Origin: an uncultured Gemmatimonadota bacterium
GTDB lineage: Bacteria; GCA-2686955
NCBI GenBank assembly: GCA_964490075.1
Contig: CAZBBK010000065.1
Location: 1 to 33,624 of the forward strand
Length of the DNA stretch: 33,624 bases
Reading direction: 5' to 3'
The position numbers and the translations under genes were made by a program. Under the pieces are notes generated by a model. The model saw only the letters and a program-made list of their open reading frames with translations. It was not told the DNA's origin and did not search any database. Of this stretch, positions 21,162 to 30,269 are shown in pieces. Each line of letters starts with the position of its first letter. The stretch's first letter is position 1.

Positions 21162-22199
21162 GTGGCGACCAGAAAGCGCAAGGCCCTCGACGATCTCTTC
21201 GTCGGCATCGATCTCGGCACGGCTCGCAGCTCCGTGGCCACCTCCGCGGGCGCCGCGGCCTGGGACCGCAGCCTGGTGGGGTGGCCGAAAGACGGAATCG
21301 CTCGCAAGCTATTGAAAAAAGAGGTGGTCTTCGGAGCGGAGTGCCTGGAGCACCGCCTGGCCCTGAACCTCTTCCGCCCCTTGCGCGACGGCGTCGTGCG
21401 CAAGAACACCGAGCGCGACGAAGAGGCGATCCGGGCCCTGGCTCAGCACCTGATGTCCCTGGTCGACGCCGAGGACGGCCAGCGGGTGCACGCGGTGATC
21501 GGGGCTCCCGCCGAGGCTTCGTCCTACAACAAGGGGCTCCTGCGCGAGGCCTTCGAGGAGCTGGTCGACGCTTCGATGGTGGTCAGCGAGCCCTTCACCG
21601 TCGCTTACGGCCTCGACATGCTGGTCGACGCGCTGGTGGTCGATATCGGCGCCGGAACCATCGACCTGTGCATCATGCGCGGCACCGTCCCCACCCCGGA
21701 GGACCAGCGCACCATCGAGCAGGCCGGGGACTACATCGACCGCCAGCTGGCCGACCTCTTGCGCGATCGCTTCCCGCAGGCTCAGTTCACCGACTCGATG
21801 GTGGTCAGGTGGAAAGAGGAGCACGCTTTCGTCGGCAAGGACCCGGGCGCCAAGGTGAAGGTCACGATCCCGGTCGAGGGCAAGCCGACCGCGCACGACA
21901 TCACCGACGAGATGCGCACCGCCTGCGAGAGCATCCTGCCGCACCTCCTGGGCGAGATCCGGGCGCTGATCGCCAGCTTCGATCCCGAGTTCCAGGAGCA
22001 GGTGCGCCAGAACGTGCTGCTGGCCGGAGGCGGCAGCCAGATTCGCGGCATCGACCGGGCCGTCGAAGCGGCCCTGGCGGATCTCGGCGGCGGCCGCGTC
22101 ACGGTGGTCGAGGACGCCCTCTTCGCCGGTGCCCACGGCGCTCTCGAGATCGCCAAAGACACTCCGGCGGACGACTGGCAACGGCTGGCGCGGGAGTAG
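21162..22199 (+). CDS. MamK-like bacterial actin
   Basis: Actin motifs GIDLGT, SEP, VDIGAGT, LAGGGSQIRG. Also segments typical of MamK rather than MreB (VGWPKD, PLRDGV, SEPFTVAYGLD, GTVP..EDQ). Confidence 0.85.
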   Translation: MATRKRKALDDLFVGIDLGTARSSVATSAGAAAWDRSLVGWPKDGIARKLLKKEVVFGAECLEHRLALNLFRPLRDGVVRKNTERDEEAIRALAQHLMSLVDAEDGQRVHAVIGAPAEASSYNKGLLREAFEELVDASMVVSEPFTVAYGLDMLVDALVVDIGAGTIDLCIMRGTVPTPEDQRTIEQAGDYIDRQLADLLRDRFPQAQFTDSMVVRWKEEHAFVGKDPGAKVKVTIPVEGKPTAHDITDEMRTACESILPHLLGEIRALIASFDPEFQEQVRQNVLLAGGGSQIRGIDRAVEAALADLGGGRVTVVEDALFAGAHGALEIAKDTPADDWQRLARE

Positions 22200-22216
22200 A
22201 GAAGCTCGCGGCGCGC

Positions 22217-22972
22217 TCAGCCGACCTTCTCGTTGACCGCTTCGGGCACCAGCCCGAAGCGCCGGTCGCGGCGTTGGAACTCGCGGATCGCCGCATAGAG
22301 GTGGGGGCGGCGGAAGTCGGGCCAGGGGACGTCGACGAAGCAGAGCTCGGCGTAGGCGATCTGCCAGATCATGAAGTTCGAAATGCGCTGCTCTCCGCTG
22401 GTGCGGATCACCAGGTCGGGCTCGGGGAGCTGAGGCCGGTAGAGCTCGGCGGCGATCATCGCCTCGTCGATCGACTCCGGCGCCAGCTCGCCCCGGGCGA
22501 CGCGCGCGGCGAGCTGCTTGACGCCGTCGACCAGCTCCGCGCGGCCCGAGTACGAGAGGGCCAGGTTGAGCACCATGCCCTGGCAGTGGCGGGTCATGGC
22601 GCATGCCCGATCGAGCGCCTTGCGCACCATGGCGGGGAGCTGATCGGTGCGTCCCATCGCAACCAGGCGAACGTCGTTGTCGATCATCTCGTCGACTTCG
22701 CGCACCAGGAAGCTGCGCAGGAGGCGCATCAGACCGCTGACCTCGCGCGGCGGGCGCCCCCAGTTCTCGGTGGAAAAAGCGTAGAGGGTGAGGGCTTCGA
22801 TGTGCATCTCGGCGCAGGCGGTGACCGTCTCGCGGACCGAGGCCACGCCTTCACGGTGCCCCATCAGGCGCGGCATCGAGCGCACGCGCGCCCAGCGTCC
22901 GTTGCCATCCATGATGATGGCGATGTGCCTCGGCAGCGGGGCGCCGGCTTCGGGGAGGATCGGCTCGGTCAT
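22217..22972 (-). CDS. uppS: Undecaprenyl diphosphate synthase (cis-prenyltransferase)
   Basis: PRHIAIIMDGNGRWA, YAFSTENWGRP, IRTSGEQRISNFMIWQ, RDRRFG. Confidence 0.96.
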   Translation of the reverse strand: MTEPILPEAGAPLPRHIAIIMDGNGRWARVRSMPRLMGHREGVASVRETVTACAEMHIEALTLYAFSTENWGRPPREVSGLMRLLRSFLVREVDEMIDNDVRLVAMGRTDQLPAMVRKALDRACAMTRHCQGMVLNLALSYSGRAELVDGVKQLAARVARGELAPESIDEAMIAAELYRPQLPEPDLVIRTSGEQRISNFMIWQIAYAELCFVDVPWPDFRRPHLYAAIREFQRRDRRFGLVPEAVNEKVG

Positions 22973-23011
22973 CGGAGGTCCTGGTAAGTCGAGATCATCG
23001 TGGGCGCCGGC

Positions 23012-23356
23012 TCAGTGGTCGCGAACGGCCTGGATCAGCGCTTCCATGTGGTCCAGGTAGCGTCCCAGGGCCTTGCGGCCCGCCTCGGTCAACACGTAGA
23101 CGGTGTGGGGTACGCGGCCCTCGAAGCTCTTGCGGCACTCGACATAGCCACCCTCTTCGAGCTTGCGCGCGTGCACGCTGAGGTTTCCATCGGTGGTCTT
23201 GAGCAGTGCCTTGAGATCGTTGAAAGAGAGCGAGTCGGTGACGGCGAGGGCGCTGACCACGCCCATCCGCACCCGCGCGTGGATCAGACTGTCGAACTCC
23301 TCCGCGGGCTTCGGGACTTGCACCCGGGCATCGCTCACACGTTCTCGATGGGCCAC
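23012..23356 (-). CDS. Winged-helix transcriptional regulator (ArsR/MarR-like)
   Basis: DSLIHARVRMGVVSAL, FNDLK..L.TTDGNLSVHARKLEEGGYV, T.Y.LT.AGR. Confidence 0.9.
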   Translation of the reverse strand: MAHRERVSDARVQVPKPAEEFDSLIHARVRMGVVSALAVTDSLSFNDLKALLKTTDGNLSVHARKLEEGGYVECRKSFEGRVPHTVYVLTEAGRKALGRYLDHMEALIQAVRDH

Positions 23357-23360
23357 GGAC

Positions 23361-23981
23361 TCAACCCCCGTAGCGCCGTGCGATCACGACCCCGAAGAGC
23401 ACGTGAAGGCCGCCGAAGCCGATCGCCAGCATCGTGTTGCCCCAGGCGGCCGGGCTGAAGAGTGTGAGCGCCCCCAGACAGAGGAAGCAGATTCCCATGA
23501 CCGGCACGATGCGGATCGCGGAGTAGGCGCCGCCGGTCACCACGCCGGTGCCGTAGAGCAAGAGCCACATCCCGGGCACCGGCTGCAGATTGCGCGCCAA
23601 GAGCATCGCGGTGGTGAGCAGGGCGCCGGCGCCCATCGGCGTGAAGAGGCTGAGCACGAAGCGCCGCAGCGAGCCCTTCCAGAGCGACACGCCGCTGCTG
23701 CGGCCCTTGTACCAGAGCGTGATCCCGAAGATTCCGACCGCCAGCATGGCCGCCGAGAACCAGACCGCCAGCCAGCGCTCGGCGCTGGGCTGCAGCTCCG
23801 CCAGGAGGGCGGCCGCGAGCGCGATCACGCCCATGGCCAGGACTCCCAGCCCCGGCACGGCGGTGATCGGATCGGCGGCCTCGATCGTTTCGCGGATGAA
23901 GCGAAGATCATGCACCGCACGGGTGTGCAGCGGCTCTTCGAGCTCGGGATTGGTTCTGATGTGTCGTTGGGCGGATTTCAT
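23361..23981 (-). CDS. Integral membrane protein co-transcribed with the regulator
   Basis: DLRFIRETIE followed by about six TM segments, ending GFGGLHVLFG; 4 bp from the regulator. Confidence 0.85.
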   Translation of the reverse strand: MKSAQRHIRTNPELEEPLHTRAVHDLRFIRETIEAADPITAVPGLGVLAMGVIALAAALLAELQPSAERWLAVWFSAAMLAVGIFGITLWYKGRSSGVSLWKGSLRRFVLSLFTPMGAGALLTTAMLLARNLQPVPGMWLLLYGTGVVTGGAYSAIRIVPVMGICFLCLGALTLFSPAAWGNTMLAIGFGGLHVLFGVVIARRYGG

Positions 23982-23989
23982 GGGCGGCT

Positions 23990-24038
23990 ACTCTAGTGAG
24001 GGTCGACTACCCGTGCAAGAACTTTGCATCATAAAGTT
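23990..24038 (-). promoter_or_regulatory. Putative promoter and palindromic operator
   Basis: Minus strand TTGCAC-17-TAGAGT (24018-24013, 23995-23990). AACTTT-N7-AAAGTT at 24020-24038. Confidence 0.55.
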
Positions 24039-24124
24039 GCGATTGGCAAGTTGGGCGTATTGGGATGTTCCGACATTCGACCAGGACAACTGACCTGATC
24101 GACTTCTTCCGCCGCCTTGTAGCC

Positions 24125-24358
24125 ATGAGAATGATGGGCATCTCCGAGTTCAAGGCGAAGTGCATCGCCGTGATACGCGCCGTTCAGCGCGTCCGCGCGC
24201 CGACCACCGTCACGCGCCGGGGCGTGCCTCTGGTGCGCATCGAGCCGCTGGTCGGGGGGCGCTCCCGCCGCCGTCTCGGCGCCCTTCGCGACGACACCGC
24301 GATCCGCGGCGAAATCGTCCGCACAGATTTCCCCGACGAATGGGAGACGGAGGCGTAG
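24125..24358 (+). CDS. Phd/YefM family antitoxin
   Basis: ISEFKAKC...V.....VTRRGVPLVRIEP; immediately upstream of a PIN gene. Confidence 0.85.
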   Translation: MRMMGISEFKAKCIAVIRAVQRVRAPTTVTRRGVPLVRIEPLVGGRSRRRLGALRDDTAIRGEIVRTDFPDEWETEA

Positions 24359-24360
24359 GC

Positions 24361-24618
24361 GTGGCCACGCTCCTCGACACCCACGTCTGGGGCTGGTCGC
24401 AGGCGACGCCCGAACGGCTCGGACCCGAGAGCACGGCGCTCTCGAACGACGCCCTGGAGCCGCTTCGCGTCTCCCCCGTCTCAGCGCTGGAGCTGGCTCG
24501 CCATTGCCGGCATGGGCGGCTGGCGCTCGCCCCCCATCCACCAATCGCACGCGAGGCTCGACAGCCCCTGCAGCTGAATGAACGACCAACGCGGTCAACA
24601 GGGCGAGCTCTGTCATGA
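24361..24618 (+). pseudogene. Truncated VapC/PIN toxin
   Basis: LLDTHVW...PERLG...VSPVSALELA...GRL; 85 aa, lacking the C-terminal DPxDR-type acidic motif. Confidence 0.75.
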
Positions 24619-24726
24619 CTCCTGCTCCGGAAACCGGCCAGAATCTCCGGAATCAGGGCGGACAGAATTTCTGGAACTCGCACCACCATCGCCCTCGCCG
24701 AGCCGCTCGGCGAAACCCACTACCGC

Positions 24727-26349
24727 TTGGAATCGGTCCGTTCTTACTGGTCGAGCACTCGCAGCTTCGCCGGCGGCGAGCACCTGATCCGCCTGGGGAC
24801 GATTTTCCAGCGGGTCGCGCTGCACCCCTACGCCGAACAGCCTTCCTCATCATGGCGGGGGATCGTTACGGGGTTTTCTACCACGCGTCCGGCGGACCAC
24901 TCAAGTCGGCTCGTGTCGATTCCACAGGTCATGTGTTGCCAGGGCCGGGTTCGTACGGAAGCGACAATCGCGCAGTCAAGAGCAGTCGTGGATTGGACCA
25001 TGTCTTCGCGAATGACGAGGGCGGCCTCCAGCTCAATCGAATCGAAGAGCCCGCGGTTCTCACCCACCTCGAGACCCTGCTCGACTATCCTGTCGGCCCG
25101 ATGGACGTCTGGAACGATCCGCTCCGTCGCGTCGATCGGGTCGCCGCGGTCGGCGCGCGACACTCTTTTCGTCTTCGAGATCGACGAGAACAGCCAATCG
25201 TCGCTCCTGCTCGCCGACGGCGAGCTGGGCAGCTCGATGTCGCAGCGCCTGGTCTTCCTCGAATCCGGCCGCCTCTGCTACTCCGACGGCGGCAACCTGG
25301 TGTGGCTCTTCGAGGGGTCCGATCTGGAGAATCGCGAGCAGCTCGTGCTCGACCAACCAGACATCCGCAGCATCGCCGTCGCTACCGGCGGCGACGGCTG
25401 GGCGAGCTACGGCGGAACCGACGGCGCCGGATGGATACTCTCGTACGGCAGTGGGATGGGGGCCGGCTTCGCCTCCCCCGGGACGACTACCTGCTTCCCC
25501 CACGCCTCGCTCATGGCAATGAACGACACACACCTCTACGCGGGCATCAGAAGAGAAGATCTCGTTTCGAGCTCGACGGAGTGGTACTACGTCTTCGAGC
25601 GAGGCGATTCCTTGGCCCTGACCGATTCGATCGCGACGCCGTTTCGGACCAATCACCAATACGCGCCTTGGACCATCGAGCGTGGATTTCTGCTGACCGC
25701 AAACCCGGTATTCGACCTCGCCGACCCGGCCCATCCCACACTGCTCGGCACCTTCATCGATCCGGAGCTGTCGGTGTACCATCCCCTGATCGACGTCGCC
25801 GCACGCCCCTTTTTCGGCTCCGATACCGACCTGCTGGCGGCGGTCCAGATCTATGTCTACGCCGACACCCTGGCCTTCTACCGCGTCTCTCGCGAGCGGA
25901 TCTACGACGAGGTCCACGAGCTCGGCGCCCACTACGCCTTCGACGATACCCGCGACCTCTTCTACCGAGCGGTCTTCGACGACGATACGCCGATCTGGGT
26001 TCACGATATCTCCGATCCGTACCACCCCGAGCCGATCTACAGCTTCCAATTCAGCGACGGCGACCCCTCCCCCCGCTTCACCACCGAGCTCACCGTCCAC
26101 GAAGGCGTGTTGCACGTCGGCGCCCGCAGTGGGCAGCTCGGCTACAACTCCCGCGGGATGATCACCCCGCTCTGGTTCGATGGCGAACGCTTCGTGCCGG
26201 CGGGCAAGCCCCTGCACACGGGGCTGAATCTCATGCACGCGCACAATCGGGCCGGCTACTTCGCCGCGACATGGGACGGCGCCGCCCTCCTCAGCTTCGA
26301 CCCACCCCCGTTGCCGCGGCGCGTGGAACACCCCGCGGACGGACGCTGA
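24727..26349 (+). pseudogene. Frameshifted LVIVD-repeat-like (beta-propeller) protein
   Basis: Repeats VFDLADPAHPTLLGTF and VHDISDPYHPEPIYSF. Protein-like reading switches frame near 24836 and 25155; no credible 5' end. Confidence 0.6.
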
Positions 26350-26430
26350 ACCCCTCCGCGGCACCACCCTCTTCCAGCACGAAAGCGCTCTGCAGCGACT
26401 CGGCTCAGACCCACGCCTGGCAACTCGTGC

Positions 26431-26976
26431 CTAGCGCGCCCCCCGCGCCCGAATCCCCCCGACCAGCAGATAGACCAGCCCCGCCAGCACGATGGCGAAC
26501 TTCGGCAGGGCGCAAAGCAGCGCAACGCGCGGCCACAAATCGCCCGTGCCGCCCAGCAGCACCCGAATCAGCGCCAGGTTCTCGAGCGCGTCGAGCGCCG
26601 CGGCCAGGGGCAGAGCCCAGGCCAGGGTGAGCCCCAGGCGGAGCCATGCCCGGCTGCCCTGCGCCAGGCGCCGCGCCACCCAGACGCAGCCCAGCGCGAT
26701 GGCACCGGCGTAGGCGAAGAGAAATAGGTAGTCGAGCCCCAGGCTGAGCCCGGCATAGACCCGGCCCTCGGTGCCCCAGGAGGCGATGATCGCCGCGGCC
26801 TCCGCCCGGCCGCCGGCGAGCTCGAAGGAGACGATGCCGAGCGGAGCGGCGTCGGTTCTGAGCGGCGCGTCGAGCAGACGCAGAGCGACCATGGTCGCCA
26901 GTGTGAGCAGCGTGAGCGCGAGGGCGGAGCGGCGCAGGTCGGCCGGCGCCAAACGGTCGAAAGGATGAGGTGCCAC
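26431..26976 (-). CDS. Hypothetical membrane protein
   Basis: About four TM segments with GIVSFELA, LDYLFLFAY, DALEN, KF motifs; GTG start at 26976 inferred. Confidence 0.8.
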   Translation of the reverse strand: MAPHPFDRLAPADLRRSALALTLLTLATMVALRLLDAPLRTDAAPLGIVSFELAGGRAEAAAIIASWGTEGRVYAGLSLGLDYLFLFAYAGAIALGCVWVARRLAQGSRAWLRLGLTLAWALPLAAALDALENLALIRVLLGGTGDLWPRVALLCALPKFAIVLAGLVYLLVGGIRARGAR

Positions 26977-27011
26977 GGAGACGCTTCCGGTGAGGTGGGG
27001 TGAACGCGCAA

Positions 27012-27192
27012 GGGTCCGCGCAGAAACAACTTCCCATTTTGGCGCCCAGATGTGGTTCAGATCTGGTCGATCGGCGAGTCCCGAAACCGGAGGAATAGCA
27101 GCGTTACTTCGAGGATTCTCGGGGCTCGCCGATCGGCCAGAGATGGGCTGCAGATGGGATGCCAAGATGGGAAGTTGTTTCTGCGCGGACCC
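27012..27192. mobile_element. 181-bp palindromic MITE/REPIN-like element, copy 1
   Basis: ~32-bp terminal inverted repeats GGGTCCGCGCAGAAACAACTTCCCATTTTGGC / GCCAAGATGGGAAGTTGTTTCTGCGCGGACCC; flanks CAA and TAA; interior also self-complementary. Confidence 0.8.
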
Positions 27193-27293
27193 TAAGTGTC
27201 GCACGGCGCACCGAATCCCGCGACCCCGTGGCGCAGGTCTATACTCCCGGCGCCTCCCGCGTCCCCCGTTCCACTCCTTCTGCTCTGCCACCC

Positions 27294-28952
27294 ATGGCCC
27301 TTCTCCAGATCGCCGCCGCCCCCTACCGCTGGGTCGAGCGCATCGTCGTGCTGCGCGAGAAGCAGCGCTACTCCTTCCACACCGTGCTGGGAATCGCGAC
27401 CTTCGTGGGGATCGTGCGCCTGATCCTCGAGTTCATGGTCTGTTCCCCGGGGCTCTACTCGAGCACCGCCGGCTATCTCTCCTACATCACCTTCTACCTG
27501 ATGAACGCCTTCCTCTACGTCACGGCGATCGACCTCTTGATCGACGTCGACTGGCGAAAGAGCATCAACGTGGTGCTGATCGGGGTGTTCGTCGGCATCT
27601 TCCCGCCGCTGATCGACGCACTGGTTCTGGGACCACACAGCTTTCGCTACGCCTACAACTTCGCCTGGCTCGAGGGCTGGACCTGGGCGATCTACAACCC
27701 CGCCGCCCACATCAGTCCGGGCGAGGCCGCGACCCTCTGGTTCACGATCCTCCTCCTGCCGCTCTACGTCTGGGTCAAGACCCGCTCGATGGCTCGCAGC
27801 GCCGCCGCCCTGGCCGCCGGCTACGGCGTGGTCTTCTTCTACGTCACGGTCGTCGCGTCGGCCTCGGCGAGCCTGCTGCAAGGTCTTTTCGAGCCGATGC
27901 TGGCGACCACCGAAGGGGCGCTGGTCGCGCCGCTGGAGCAGACCTGGCGCGGCGCCGAAGATCCGGAGCGAATCCGCCTCATCTTGCGCCGCATCGAGGC
28001 GCTCAGCTTCAACCGCGGCGAGCTGTCGATCGCGCTGACCACCGGCGCCCAGGTGCTGGTCGCCCTGGCCTGCTACCTGGTCCTCAACCCCCGCCTGGCC
28101 CGCCACCTGGCGCTGCGCGCCGGCCACTCGCTGCCCTTCGCCCTGCTGGCGCTGCTCGGCGCCGCCGCCACCCGCCACTTCCGGCCAGAGATCGATACCG
28201 GCACCTGGATCGGCCTGGCGCCGGCCCTGGCGATGGCGCTCTGTGTCTTCCATGCCTTCAACGTGGCGATCGTGCAGAACGACCATTTCGACCGCCACGA
28301 AGACCGCCGCGGCCCCCTGCCCTACCTCGACGTGCAGGACATGCACTTCTTCAACGCCAGCATGTGGCTCGTGGCGGCGGCCGTGTTCAGCGTGCGGCCG
28401 CGCATCGGCGCGCTGCTGGTGGTGTTCCAGATCGTCTCGATCCTCTACAACTACGACTTCTACCGCGCCAAACGCTACTTCCCCGCCAACTACAAGATCG
28501 AGGCGATCTGGGGCTGGAGCGCTTTCATGATCGGGGTCTACAGCGTGCTGCATCCGCGCATGGCGGCGCCCGATGCGGTGCTGGTGATGAGCCTGGCGGT
28601 ATTCGGCGGCTGGTCGGTCTTCAACTGCTTCAAGGACTACAAGGACATCCGCGAGGACACACGGGCCGGCGTCCAGACCGCCTATGTGCTGCTGCGGCGC
28701 CGCGGCCGCTCGCTGCGCTCTTTCCACCTGTGGATTCGGCGCCTGATGGCGGCCGGATTCTGCGTGCCGCTCGGCGCGCTCTATCTCTGGGGGGCGCCGG
28801 CGGCGGCGGTCGGCGGGGTCGGGGTCGCATGCATCGCGGCGCTCTGGCTGGCCCTGGGTCGCGGCCCCACCAAGGCGACGGTGGAGGCGACGCTGGCGAT
28901 CGTCAGCGCTTATGTCGCCGCGCTGGTCGTGCTCTTCGAGGTGGGGCTCTAA
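27294..28952 (+). CDS. Polytopic membrane protein with a C-terminal UbiA-prenyltransferase-like domain
   Basis: Asp-rich motifs NDHFDRHED and KDYKDIREDTRAGVQT; many TM helices; extra N-terminal TM region. Confidence 0.75.
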   Translation: MALLQIAAAPYRWVERIVVLREKQRYSFHTVLGIATFVGIVRLILEFMVCSPGLYSSTAGYLSYITFYLMNAFLYVTAIDLLIDVDWRKSINVVLIGVFVGIFPPLIDALVLGPHSFRYAYNFAWLEGWTWAIYNPAAHISPGEAATLWFTILLLPLYVWVKTRSMARSAAALAAGYGVVFFYVTVVASASASLLQGLFEPMLATTEGALVAPLEQTWRGAEDPERIRLILRRIEALSFNRGELSIALTTGAQVLVALACYLVLNPRLARHLALRAGHSLPFALLALLGAAATRHFRPEIDTGTWIGLAPALAMALCVFHAFNVAIVQNDHFDRHEDRRGPLPYLDVQDMHFFNASMWLVAAAVFSVRPRIGALLVVFQIVSILYNYDFYRAKRYFPANYKIEAIWGWSAFMIGVYSVLHPRMAAPDAVLVMSLAVFGGWSVFNCFKDYKDIREDTRAGVQTAYVLLRRRGRSLRSFHLWIRRLMAAGFCVPLGALYLWGAPAAAVGGVGVACIAALWLALGRGPTKATVEATLAIVSAYVAALVVLFEVGL

Positions 28953-29042
28953 GGGTCCACGCAGAAGCAACTTCCCATTTTGGCATCCCATCGGAAGCCC
29001 ATCTCTGGCCGCCAAAACGGGAAGCTATTTCTGCGCGGACCC
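28953..29042. mobile_element. 90-bp internally deleted, inverted copy 2 of the same element
   Basis: 28953-29011 matches the reverse complement of the copy-1 right arm with few mismatches; ends ...TTTCTGCGCGGACCC; flanks TAA and CAA. Confidence 0.78.
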
Positions 29043-30203
29043 CAAGAACCCAACCAGCTCCCCACGCCAGAGACGGTCGATGAAGACCGCCGCGGGGAGG
29101 ATCTCGACGCCGTCTTCGGTGCGGCGGGCCTTGGGTTCACGGCAGACCACGACCCGCTGCTCGACGCCCGGGTGATCCCGCACCAGGCCGCGCAGACCCT
29201 TGAGGTGCGCGCTGGTAATCCGCGCGCTCGACTTGACCTCCACCGCCAGATCCATCTCGCCCACGATGAAGTCGACTTCGACCCCGCTCGCCAGGCGCCA
29301 ATAGGAGAGACGAGCGTCGACGTCTCGATAGCTCAGGAAAGTCGACAGCTCGTGAAAGACCCAGTTCTCGAACGCCTTTCCGTAAAGCTCCGAGCCAGCG
29401 GTCAGCTCCCCTCTCCGCGCCAGGCGATTCACCACGCCGACGTCGGCGAAGTAGAACTTCGCCGCACCGATGGTCCTGCGCTTGGTGCGTCGGCGATACG
29501 CGGGGAGCCAGCGGGCCAGCAAGGTGTCTTCGAGGATTTGGAAGTAGCTCTTGGCTGTGTTGTTGGAGACGCCGCACTCGCGCCCCACGTTGGTGAAGTT
29601 GACGATCTCCCCATCACTGAGCGCGGCGACATCGAGGAAATTCGCGAACCCCGGCAGGTTCCGCACCAGACCCTCCGCGGCCACCTCCTCCTTGAGGTAA
29701 TCCGCGACGTAGGCGTCGAGCATCCGCCGCGGTCGACTCGCCTGATACATCCGCGGCAGGTAGCCGTGGTTGAGCATCCGATCCAGATCGAAACCAGCCC
29801 CGATTTCGGCGGCCGAGAGGGCGTGCATCTCGTAGCGGATCGCCCTCCCTCCCAGCAGATTGGCCGCTCCGCGCTTGACCTTGCGGGCGCTGGACCCGCA
29901 GAGCGCGAAGTGATGTCCGCGGTTCTCCATCAGCCAGTGGACCTCGTCCAGCAGCGCCGGGACCTTCTGGATTTCGTCGATGACGATCTGGCTCCCGCGG
30001 CCGGGAGGCGCGGACTCGAACTCTTGGCGAAGCAGCTCCGGTCTCGTTACATAACGCCGGAACTGATCGGCCTTGAGGAGATCCACCCAGTGCTCGGTGC
30101 CGTAACGCTCCTTCAGCAGGGTGCTCTTGCCGGTCTGGCGGGGCCCCCAGAGGAAGAAGCTCTCCCTTGCGGGGGAGGGAAGAGGAACGGATCGTGGGAA
30201 CAT
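29025..30203 (-). CDS. AAA+ ATPase (AAA_14 + DUF4143 type)
   Basis: GPRQTGKST, IVIDEIQK, CGSSARK..LLGGRA, KFYFADVG, YWR..SGVEVDFI...AVEVKS. Confidence 0.92.
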   Translation of the reverse strand: MFPRSVPLPSPARESFFLWGPRQTGKSTLLKERYGTEHWVDLLKADQFRRYVTRPELLRQEFESAPPGRGSQIVIDEIQKVPALLDEVHWLMENRGHHFALCGSSARKVKRGAANLLGGRAIRYEMHALSAAEIGAGFDLDRMLNHGYLPRMYQASRPRRMLDAYVADYLKEEVAAEGLVRNLPGFANFLDVAALSDGEIVNFTNVGRECGVSNNTAKSYFQILEDTLLARWLPAYRRRTKRRTIGAAKFYFADVGVVNRLARRGELTAGSELYGKAFENWVFHELSTFLSYRDVDARLSYWRLASGVEVDFIVGEMDLAVEVKSSARITSAHLKGLRGLVRDHPGVEQRVVVCREPKARRTEDGVEILPAAVFIDRLWRGELVGFLGSAQK

Positions 30204-30269
30204 GTGCTTAAAGATATCATGATAAACTGAAGTGTCTAGTCAGGATATCTCCCAGCCGGCCCAGCCTCC

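Noticed and set aside
27012-29042. Palindromic elements as integron attC sites
   Set aside because: No RYYYAAC/GTTRRRY core ends, copies are in opposite orientation, and no integrase is present.
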